From an uncultured archaeon (GTDB lineage: Archaea > Asgardarchaeota > Jordiarchaeia > Jordiarchaeales > Jordiarchaeaceae): a stretch of DNA of 32,000 bases. The position numbers and the translations under genes are program-made. Positions 1 to 8,027 of this stretch are shown here, piece by piece; the first letter of the stretch is position 1; every line of letters starts with the position of its first letter. The notes below the pieces were generated by a model that saw only the letters and a program-made list of their open reading frames with translations, was not told where the DNA came from and made no database searches. The DNA lies in contig CAZECW010000126.1 in NCBI GenBank assembly GCA_964510585.1, positions 2,734-34,733 of the forward strand, in the 5' to 3' direction.

Positions 1-2
1 AT

Positions 3-1034
3 GAAAACCAAATAGTAGAGTTAAAACCTCAAGATGTAATAATTTCGGAGAACTGTGCCAATTATCTTGTAAGGGTAGCTAACTTTATAGACGATCTCCT
101 AACTAAATTCTACATGATGCCAGCGTACTATCAAATAAAGAGCCTTGGAGATCTTGTTGGCCACCTTATAATAGGTCTCGCCCCACATACGTCAGTAGGT
201 ATTGTTGGGCGTATCATCGGGTTTACAAAAGCGCAAGTTTGTTATGCACACCCGTACTGGCATGCCGCAAAAAGAAGAAACTGTGACGGGGACGAAGATT
301 CTATAATGCTCGCATTAGATCCCTTATTGAACTTCTCTAAACTATTTGTGCCCAAAAAGAGGGGGGGAATGATGGACACTCCCCTAGTTATATCGGTGCA
401 TTTGGATCCTCAGGAGGTAGACAGTGAGTCACATAATATGGACATAATGGCACAGTACCCCCTAGAATTTTATGAGAAAACTCTAAATTATGAGGATCCG
501 AAAAACAATGAGAAATTAATAGATATAATTGCACACAGGCTCGGTAAGCCGGAACAGTATGAAAATTTCAAATTTACCCATCCAACCAGAGAAATATTTC
601 AGGGCCCCCTAAAATCAAAGTATAAGGAACTCAACACTATGCTGGAAAAGGTAGAAGCTCAGTTGGAACTATCAAACAAGATAAGAGCATCGAACGCAAA
701 GATGGTCGCCATTAAAATAACTCAAAAACATTTTATCCGTGACATTGCAGGCAACTTAAAAGCGTTTTCCACACAAAAAAGTCGATGCCTAAATTGTAAC
801 AAAAAGTATAGGCGTCCCCCTCTTCAAGGAAAATGTACATCCTGCGGGGGAAAGCTGGTTTTAACAGTACATCAAGCAGGAATAGAAAAGTACCTTCCCT
901 TTGCATTATCAATTGCGGATAGATTTGATTTGCCACCATATATAAAACAGAGATTAAACCTGCTGAAGCAAAACATTGGTTTAATATTTGAAGAGGAAAA
1001 GGTTAAACAAGCAAAGCTGAGTGAATTCTGCTAA
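3..1034 (+). CDS. polC: DNA polymerase D large subunit DP2, C-terminal part (5'-truncated by window edge)
   Basis: Frame is open from position 3 (ENQIVELKPQDVII...FIDDLLTKFY). Contains HAAKRRNCDGDED, GGMMDTPLV, C-terminal Zn finger CLNC...CTSC and a PIP-box-like end KQAKLSEF. No intein at the RRN/CDG site. Confidence 0.97.
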   Translation, partial: ENQIVELKPQDVIISENCANYLVRVANFIDDLLTKFYMMPAYYQIKSLGDLVGHLIIGLAPHTSVGIVGRIIGFTKAQVCYAHPYWHAAKRRNCDGDEDSIMLALDPLLNFSKLFVPKKRGGMMDTPLVISVHLDPQEVDSESHNMDIMAQYPLEFYEKTLNYEDPKNNEKLIDIIAHRLGKPEQYENFKFTHPTREIFQGPLKSKYKELNTMLEKVEAQLELSNKIRASNAKMVAIKITQKHFIRDIAGNLKAFSTQKSRCLNCNKKYRRPPLQGKCTSCGGKLVLTVHQAGIEKYLPFALSIADRFDLPPYIKQRLNLLKQNIGLIFEEEKVKQAKLSEFC

Positions 1035-1109
1035 TTATTTAACTGATTCTGAAAAATATAGCCAGGAGAAAAATTATGGTAAATCCTAATAGGATATGAG
1101 AGGGTAAAA

Positions 1110-1385
1110 ATGTCTCCTATCTGGAGAAAAAAGGTGTATGAAGCTAAGGCTATTTTAAGAAAAAAGCGAAATGTTACACCAGGGATTGAAACTAGGACAT
1201 TAATACTTGAGCTGATTAAACGCGAACCAAAAACAACCAGTGAAATAGCAAAAGAACTAAACATGTCATATTCAAGGGTGCTGCTACAGCTAAGGAATAT
1301 GACAAGAGAAGGCATCGTGGGAAAGACCGAGCAAAAACCAAGCCAATGGTACTTAACTGGGCAGGGGCAACAAGTCTTACTATAA
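1110..1385 (+). CDS. Small winged helix-turn-helix protein
   Basis: TRTLILELIKREPKTTSEIAKELNMSYSRVLLQLRNMTREGIV fits a wHTH pattern. Confidence 0.75.
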   Translation: MSPIWRKKVYEAKAILRKKRNVTPGIETRTLILELIKREPKTTSEIAKELNMSYSRVLLQLRNMTREGIVGKTEQKPSQWYLTGQGQQVLL

Positions 1386-1831
1386 CTTAATTCTCTTCTC
1401 CTTTTAGTCGATGAAAGATTCCAAACCAATCTCGAATAAGTTCAACATTACCCAATCAATATATACGAAATCAAATTTAGGACATGGATGCAAAATTTGA
1501 GCCATAAAAAAAGATCATAACCTATTATTATCCTTTTTTTGGGGAAGAGTTTATGGGATTTTTATCCCGCAAAAGTGCTACTAAAAAAGAAAAGAGCCTT
1601 AAGCATCTCCCGCTCATTCATTCCTAGTTTGATTAAAAACTAAAAGTATAGCTACCTAAACCTGAAGAATATGGTGACGCCTAAAATAAGCATAATTGGC
1701 TTATCCCCTTTTTATGACAGCACTTTCTACACAAAGGTTATCCCCAAAAATATGATCTAATAAATTTCCTCTTGAGAGCAAAACTAAAAAATAGGTGTTT
1801 ACACTTAATGATACTGCAGATTACAAAGATT

Positions 1832-1927
1832 GGGCGCATGGTCTAGCGGTTATGACACCGCGTTCACACCGCGGTAAATCCTTTTTTGGGGAGCCGAATC
1901 CCCGGTTCGAATCCGGGTGCGCCCACC
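1832..1927 (+). tRNA. tRNA-Val(CAC) with one 21-nt intron in the variable loop (1878-1898)
   Basis: Acceptor GGGCGCA/TGCGCCC, anticodon CAC at 1865-1867, T-arm CCCGG-TTCGAAT-CCGGG, encoded CCA. BHB: helix CGGT/GCCG, bulges AA|A and AA|T. Mature variable loop TAAT. Confidence 0.9.
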
Positions 1928-2236
1928 ATAAACTCTTTATAAATCGTTAAATATTTAAGAAAACATTTGAGTTTAATAAAATGACGGCTAAAATGTCCCT
2001 TTAGTTTTAGGGTAACTTTTGTAGCTGCAAGTTGGAGGAAGTGTTTTCCCCTCTTTTTAACATCTTTTTTACAAAAAGGTGGAGAAGTAGTTTTGGAGGA
2101 AGGCAAAAAACATTAACCTCAAAATAAGCTATCCCGCCTCCTAAATGATTTTGTTTAAACAATGGGTTTGCTTGTCCAATTTTTGAAATAAATTTATATT
2201 TGGGACTTAAAACAATAAGTTGATGGAGGTTAAATT

Positions 2237-2434
2237 TTGCCGAAGGAAATATTTGACACTGAGAAATTCGTTGAATTATCCGAAAATGCTACTGAGTGTC
2301 GTATGAAAGTTTTAGGTGACAATGAAGTTAAATTTAAACTCAGAACTAATAAGTATCTTTACACTTTAAAAGTTGATAAAAAGAAGGCTGAAGAATTAAG
2401 AGGCAAAATTAAGTGCCCCATTACTGAGCTTTAG
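2237..2434 (+). CDS. rpl38e: 50S ribosomal protein L38e
   Basis: MPKEI...VKFKLRTNKYLYTLKV motif. GGAGGT ribosome-binding site upstream of a TTG start. Confidence 0.92.
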   Translation: MPKEIFDTEKFVELSENATECRMKVLGDNEVKFKLRTNKYLYTLKVDKKKAEELRGKIKCPITEL

Positions 2435-2451
2435 AAGCATATTCCCCACAG

Positions 2452-3003
2452 TTATACCTCTAGACTTTTGATTTTTTCGTTAATTTTAGATTGGCACTTC
2501 TCACAAAAATTTTTGCTTTTTCTATCAGTGTCCAGTATGTGATTTGAAAAATGCATCACGCACCGGGGGTTTGGGCAGTGATTCAAAAAGAAGGTATGTC
2601 CTAATTCATGAACTGCTTCTTTTGTACAACGTTCAATAAAGATTTTTTCGTCCTTGGCTTGCCCATAGAATTCAGATCTGAGCCTATGGATGGATATTAC
2701 GCATACATTGCCTTCCAAAGTGGCTTGGCCAAATATAAAATTAAGCCCCTTTGTGTAAAGGTCTACCGGTGTTATTCCCAGAATTTTGGAGTTTTTATTA
2801 GTAGCATAAATTTTTAAGGCTTCCAAAAAATGTGAAGAATTGTACTGTTGTCTGGAGAAATTATAAGCCTCCTTAGGGATGGGGAGTATACCAGAAATTT
2901 CGACTCGCAAAGGATAGAATATGACACTTAGTTCTTCTCTTAGCCTTTCAAGCAGATTACTCTCAATTTCCCCAATTTTTACAAGAACTATTCTAGGTTT
3001 CAA
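2452..3003 (-). CDS. amzA: Archaemetzincin family Zn metalloprotease
   Basis: HELGHTFFLNHCPNPRCVMHFSN zinc-binding motif; DLYTKGLNFIFGQA. Confidence 0.93.
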   Translation of the reverse strand: MKPRIVLVKIGEIESNLLERLREELSVIFYPLRVEISGILPIPKEAYNFSRQQYNSSHFLEALKIYATNKNSKILGITPVDLYTKGLNFIFGQATLEGNVCVISIHRLRSEFYGQAKDEKIFIERCTKEAVHELGHTFFLNHCPNPRCVMHFSNHILDTDRKSKNFCEKCQSKINEKIKSLEV

Positions 3004-3481
3004 GTTTTTATCCTCAATGAAACTAATTAAATAAAATAAATAAAAGTATTATGATAATTATTCTACTTATTAATTTAAATTGCGTTGATTTACCTTTTTG
3101 TCATTCCAGTGGTTGAGAGCGGTCCTTAGTTCTGAAATGATGGAACCCTAAAAATAATAGTAAAAAACTGATATGAGCTGAAAATCCGATTAATTTTTCA
3201 CGAGTCAATGCTTTAAACCTCACGAAATGGTCGTAAAAGGTTTTTGGCGCCACTTGTGTGTAGAAGCTTTTTCTCGTCAGTTTGCAGCTTTCTAAAAGCC
3301 CTTATCCTTCTTCTTGCTCAGATGAGTCCGTTTTGTGGCTTTTATGGGAGGGGAGCTTCTCAAGAAACCAGCTACCATAAAGATAACCAAGACCCGAAAA
3401 TCAGAGTTTTTATGTTTCACAAAATTTTATTAAAAGGTTAAGCCACTATTTTTTTAACCATAAACAAAATGGGGTTCCACG

Positions 3482-3775
3482 TTGTCAAAAGAGCTTCTAC
3501 AAAACCTCATCAATAGGAAGATATTAAACGAATTTGGAAAGAAGGTTGGGCAAGTATTAGATTTAATAATTGATAAGAAAAGTGGCAAGATACAAGCAGT
3601 TGTAGCAAAGGTAGACAAGTCCGAAGAAATCCTACAAAAATTAACAAAAGACGAAAAGGGGAATACTTATATCCCGTTTTCAGTAATTTCTATTATTAAA
3701 AACGATTTTCAGATAGACGAGAAGAAGTTGAGATTAATTATTCTAAAAAAGAAAACAGCTTGGCAAGAATCGTAA
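3482..3775 (+). CDS. PRC-barrel domain protein
   Basis: ILNEFGKKVGQVLDLIIDKKSGKIQAVV...YIPFSVI matches the PRC-barrel pattern. Confidence 0.8.
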   Translation: MSKELLQNLINRKILNEFGKKVGQVLDLIIDKKSGKIQAVVAKVDKSEEILQKLTKDEKGNTYIPFSVISIIKNDFQIDEKKLRLIILKKKTAWQES

Positions 3776-3850
3776 AAACCTTTTTTTCCAACCAATTACC
3801 CAACAATATTTTCGTGGAGAATAAATACCATACTACGAGAATTTTAAGAG

Positions 3851-5221
3851 ATGACTATGATTGCACAAGGAAAAATAAAATCGGTAGTGGACAGAAAATA
3901 CAGGCCGAGAAGGGAGAGAAAAGAAAAAGATGCAATTAATACCCTCAAAGAAGAGCTCGTGGAGTTCATGCTCGCAAATGATCAGCAAATACTGGAAGAT
4001 TACAAAAAATTACAAAGTCAACTAGACTCTCTGGATGGGATAAGGGAAAAGCAATTCTGGCAGCATCTTCAAGAAGCTTTGAAAACTTTTAAACTGGATG
4101 AACCACAAAAAGCGGGCAAAATTCTTGAAATAGTTAAAAGTCTACTTCAAAGTTACACTATAAGACTGAATTCCAGCGATGTTAAAATACTCGAAGCAAT
4201 TTATCAGCAACCACTTCTAACACTAGAGGGCATATGTTCAGTTACTAAACTTAGCTGGGGGACAGTTCAAAAAAGATATAACCAACTAGCGGGCAGCCAA
4301 GTTTACAAAACAGTAGCAGTCCCCAATTATGACAAATTAGGACTTGCACCAATAATAGTGCTTACCTCGGACAGTGAAAGAGAAATATCCAGTCCATATC
4401 TAACATCAATTCAAATAAATAACGGTTGGTGTAGCACCAATAGATTATGGGAGATGTTAATACCTAAATCAAATCTCCAAGAATTTGCAAAAATCATCTT
4501 AAGACATTTGCAAAACTCACGAATATTTGAAAGATCATTCTTACTCCATAATGTTAACTTCACTTACTTTGATTGTGGCAGCAGAAGCTGGAATATTAAT
4601 TGGTCCCAATGGCAACTAGAACTAGAAAAAGAGGAAACTGTCAAGGTTATTTTAAACAATGAAAACTACCACAGAAAACAGAGAATCAAAAGAATGGACT
4701 TGAAAATTCTACACTTTTTGACACAAAATCTTAGAAGGGAACAAAGAGAAATCGCCCAAGCCCTAAATACCAGTGAATCAAAGGTATCCCTCTGCAAAAA
4801 AAATTTATACAATGACAAATACTTCACTCCCGTTTTGCAACTCACAAATAGAGCGGGGTTAACCGAAAACCTTCTCATTATATTAAAGGAAAAAATCCAA
4901 GAAATACCCTCTGCCTTCTTGAGACTCCCTCAAACAACAATTTATGAACTAACTGAATATAGCAGCAAAACAAAACAAACTGTAATTCAAACCCAACTTC
5001 CACCCGGTTCAAAAACAAGAATCAAAGAAATCCTAGAAAGAAAAAACCCCGACACCCAATTCTCAAACTACACAATTCGAATAGAAAGCTTTCCCGAAAC
5101 AATCACAGAGGCTTTCGATGATAAGAACCAAAATTGGATGTGGGGCCCCTCAACTCTCAAAATATACCACAAAATCAATCGAAACCTAGAATCCCCCTAT
5201 TATCAAATCCCGAAAATTTGA
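3851..5221 (+). CDS. Large regulator-like protein with two Lrp/AsnC-type winged HTH domains
   Basis: Two HTH segments: DVKILEAIYQQPLLTLEGICSVTKLSWGTVQKRYNQL and DLKILHFLTQNLRREQREIAQALNTSESKVSLCKKNL. Confidence 0.65.
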   Translation: MTMIAQGKIKSVVDRKYRPRRERKEKDAINTLKEELVEFMLANDQQILEDYKKLQSQLDSLDGIREKQFWQHLQEALKTFKLDEPQKAGKILEIVKSLLQSYTIRLNSSDVKILEAIYQQPLLTLEGICSVTKLSWGTVQKRYNQLAGSQVYKTVAVPNYDKLGLAPIIVLTSDSEREISSPYLTSIQINNGWCSTNRLWEMLIPKSNLQEFAKIILRHLQNSRIFERSFLLHNVNFTYFDCGSRSWNINWSQWQLELEKEETVKVILNNENYHRKQRIKRMDLKILHFLTQNLRREQREIAQALNTSESKVSLCKKNLYNDKYFTPVLQLTNRAGLTENLLIILKEKIQEIPSAFLRLPQTTIYELTEYSSKTKQTVIQTQLPPGSKTRIKEILERKNPDTQFSNYTIRIESFPETITEAFDDKNQNWMWGPSTLKIYHKINRNLESPYYQIPKI

Positions 5222-5263
5222 GCATCACATTTTTTTAAAGATTCTCGTCAACAAGTTTGTCGA

Positions 5264-6274
5264 TCAACTCAGTTTAGCCCCAAGAGCATCCCACAACTGT
5301 TCCCTAACCAAAATTCCCACATTAACCTTTTCTCCCCCCCTTCTTACCAATATTCTCCTGCTTGGAGTAACCCGCCCAATTATAGTAGGGATACTTCCAA
5401 CAGACCTAATAGCATCCAAAGCCTCAGCCTCCCCCCCAGGTCTGACGGTAACCAATAAAACTCCACTGGAAATTAAACACAAAGGATTTATTCTCAAAAG
5501 GGAACATATGTCCCGCGTCTCTTCTGCAACCGGAACCAATTCCTCCTCAATCCTAAAACCTACATTCGAAGCCTTAGCCATCTCAACTAAACCCCCCAGC
5601 AAGCCCCCTTCAGTTGGATCATGCATTGAGGTTACGACTCCAGTTTCATTAACAGCCAAAGCTTCTTTCACAACACTCAGACTAGAAAAGAAAGACTTTG
5701 CCTTTAACAGAAGTTTTTTATTTAAAAATTCACTCAAATCCTCGAAACGATCTGTAGCAAGAATCGCAGCCCCCTCCAAACCTGCGTGTTTAGTCATAAT
5801 TATAACGTCATCAGCTCGCGCCCCACTTGTTAACACTAACCTCTCCTTAGTGGTTTCGCCAAACATGGTCCCACAAAGCAGAGCATTTTCCAAGTAAGGT
5901 ACTACCTCAGTGTGCCCACCAACAACACAAACTCCTACCTCGCGGGCGGCCTCGTCTATATCCCTACAAATCTTCTTCAGAAAACCGGTATCAGCTCCAT
6001 TAGGTAATAGAATAGTCGAAGTGAAGAATTGTGGTACAGCACCTCTCACTGCCACATCGTTTGCATTTACATGAACTGCATACCACCCCATTCTGCTCTG
6101 AGTGCCAGTAATGGGGTCTGCGCCCACAACTAATAACTTTTCTCCAAAATCAATAACTGCTGCGTCTTGACCCACAGCAGGGCCACAAATCACCCTACCA
6201 CAATTAACACCACCGTAGGGGAAAACAATCTTCTCTAACAAATTGTTGGGAACCTTGCCAATGGGCAGTTTCAT
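5264..6274 (-). CDS. AIR synthase / HypE-like family protein
   Basis: GQDAAVIDFG, VHVNANDVAVRGA, VVGGHTE, SMHDPTEGGLLGGLVEMA. Confidence 0.9.
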   Translation of the reverse strand: MKLPIGKVPNNLLEKIVFPYGGVNCGRVICGPAVGQDAAVIDFGEKLLVVGADPITGTQSRMGWYAVHVNANDVAVRGAVPQFFTSTILLPNGADTGFLKKICRDIDEAAREVGVCVVGGHTEVVPYLENALLCGTMFGETTKERLVLTSGARADDVIIMTKHAGLEGAAILATDRFEDLSEFLNKKLLLKAKSFFSSLSVVKEALAVNETGVVTSMHDPTEGGLLGGLVEMAKASNVGFRIEEELVPVAEETRDICSLLRINPLCLISSGVLLVTVRPGGEAEALDAIRSVGSIPTIIGRVTPSRRILVRRGGEKVNVGILVREQLWDALGAKLS

Positions 6275-6399
6275 AAAACCACCAGTTCAAACCTAAAGAA
6301 ACTAATTACTAAAACGAAGAAACAAGTCAATACTTAAACCTGAGGGTTGCCTAACAAACAGTGGCCAAAAAATGAGAATAGAGAAATAAGGGTAAAAAC

Positions 6400-6464
6400 G
6401 CAAACTCAACACTCAAGATCGTCGTCATCTTTTAGTCGGAGGGGTCAGATTCATCATCGTTTGC
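6400..6464 (-). ncRNA. Candidate C/D box guide sRNA
   Basis: Minus strand reads GCAAAC-G-ATGATGA(C)-ATCTGACCCCT-CCGA(D')-CTAAAAG-ATGACGA(C')-CGATCTTGAGTG-TTGA(D)-GTTTGC. It has a perfect 6-bp terminal stem, K-turn geometry and 11-12-nt guides, and is intergenic. Confidence 0.75.
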
Positions 6465-6533
6465 ACATATTACATATACCCTTTTTGCTTATTAAATAGT
6501 ATCTCTTCCTCACCAATAGTTTTCTATGGCTGG

Positions 6534-7475
6534 TTAGGAATGGATACTATAAAGTTTAGCTGCCGCCTTGCCCATTATTATTTCTATTTCTTTTGGGCTG
6601 AACTCTATTCCTGTAGGTGATTTGGGGGTCTTTACCGCATTCACCCAGTCTTTGAGGGGCATTAGTACGTTAAGCATAGAACCGTCAGTTCCAAACAGAA
6701 CTCTCCAGGGCCCAATTAGATCAATGGCCATTCTTAATGGGTACCAAAGATAATCGGGGTTGCTAGTATAGAGGGGTTGCCATCCCGAGAAATCCAAATA
6801 AATGTTTGGTTTCATAGTAGCAATGTCTACCGCTTCCCTCCACCAGCCATGCCCCATGTGCGCAATAATTATTTTGAGTTCTGGGAAGTCAGCGGCAATG
6901 GTGTCAATGTATTTAGGCTGCGAATACTTTACCGCCATGGGGGCTGGCTCATTCCCAGAGTGAATCAATACCGGCACACCATATTCTTGAGCCCGTTCAT
7001 AAATAGGATAACAAATAGGATCGTCTGGATAAAACCCTGCAGTTGGATGTATTTTTAATCCCTTCATTCCCCACTCTTCAATACCTTTTTCAAATAATCT
7101 TAAAGCATCCCTTCTTCGAGGATCAATCCCAAAAAGAGAAAGTAGGCGGTTGGGATATCTTTCAGTAGCCTCAGCATAAATTCTATTCTTCTCCTCCATA
7201 GTTAAACAAGCCCCAGATGCTTTTGGATACTTGAGCCAGAAGTCAAGAGGAAGAAGTATAGCTTTATCAACACCCGCCTCATTCATCGCCGCCACCAATT
7301 TATCACCTGTCCTGTCACTCAGGATACCCAAAAAATACTTGTAAAGCTCCACAGGATCGGAATACTCACCAGTCTCCTTACCAAAAAGGGCAGACGCGAC
7401 TCGAGCACAACCCACAAAAAATTCTTCGGGGTCAGAACCTTCAAAAAACAAGTGAACATGACTATCAACAATCAA
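6534..7475 (-). CDS. Amidohydrolase family protein (amidohydro_2 type)
   Basis: IVDSHVH, GLKIHP, PVLIHSG, IIAHMG, VLFGTD metal-binding motifs. Confidence 0.92.
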   Translation of the reverse strand: MIVDSHVHLFFEGSDPEEFFVGCARVASALFGKETGEYSDPVELYKYFLGILSDRTGDKLVAAMNEAGVDKAILLPLDFWLKYPKASGACLTMEEKNRIYAEATERYPNRLLSLFGIDPRRRDALRLFEKGIEEWGMKGLKIHPTAGFYPDDPICYPIYERAQEYGVPVLIHSGNEPAPMAVKYSQPKYIDTIAADFPELKIIIAHMGHGWWREAVDIATMKPNIYLDFSGWQPLYTSNPDYLWYPLRMAIDLIGPWRVLFGTDGSMLNVLMPLKDWVNAVKTPKSPTGIEFSPKEIEIIMGKAAAKLYSIHS

Positions 7476-7624
7476 AAACCATCACCACCAAAGTCACATC
7501 AAACAGTATCCCAATACAAATATGAAATAATAACGTTATTCACAAAACTCCCTAAAAAACTAACGTAAAAAATTCCTTACAGCCCAAATTAATCATAAAT
7601 ATAAATAGTTAGAAGGGATTGGAC

Positions 7625-7752
7625 TGCGGCTGCCGGGAATTTCGAAAAAGGGGGGCCCTCTTTTTTTCGAACCCGGGTTACTGGCTTGGGAGGCCAATGT
7701 CCTAGACCAGAATGTCCAATAGTTACCCATACTATTTCTGGACTACAGCCGC
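7625..7752 (-). tRNA. tRNA-Gly(CCC) with two introns: 15/16 (7712-7737, 26 nt) and 59/60 (7639-7665, 27 nt)
   Basis: Acceptor GCGGCTG/CAGCCGC, anticodon CCC at 7690-7688. BHB helices GTCC/GGAC and TTCG/CGAA with 3-nt bulges. CCA not encoded. Confidence 0.93.
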
Positions 7753-7841
7753 TCATTGTTGTTTTGAACTTGGTTTCATAAATTTTTTTTGGTATTCCTT
7801 TTGCATTTGCGAGAGTGACTTGTATGGCTTCAAAAATTGAA

Positions 7842-7866
7842 AAAGAGGGCTATTATTGCCCTCTTT
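7842..7866. repeat. Perfect 9-bp inverted repeat AAAGAGGGC-TATTATT-GCCCTCTTT
   Basis: Seen directly between the EF-2 3' end and the tRNA-Gly(CCC) start. Function unknown. Confidence 0.7.
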
Positions 7867-8027
7867 ATGGCGAACGCCGAGCACCTAACTAACCTGAAAC
7901 AAATCACATTCCCTAAAAAATACATAACCAAGCAGATCTACATAAGCTAGGTCCTTTTCTTGGTTTAATAAAGAAACAAAACGTTCTGGTTGTTTCAGCT
8001 TTTTATTACCTTTATGAAAATAGGGGT

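Noticed and set aside
264-302. Known intein insertion site in PolD DP2 (RRN/CDGDED)
   Set aside because: The motif is contiguous; no intein present.
3104-3112. TTCCAGTGG resembling an archaeal origin recognition box
   Set aside because: Single partial match without the GAAAC/G-string continuation, no second box and no cdc6/orc1 in the window.
3137-3181. ATGATGG...CTGA...CTGA resembling a C/D box RNA
   Set aside because: Imperfect box C, poly-A guide region, wrong spacing and no terminal stem.
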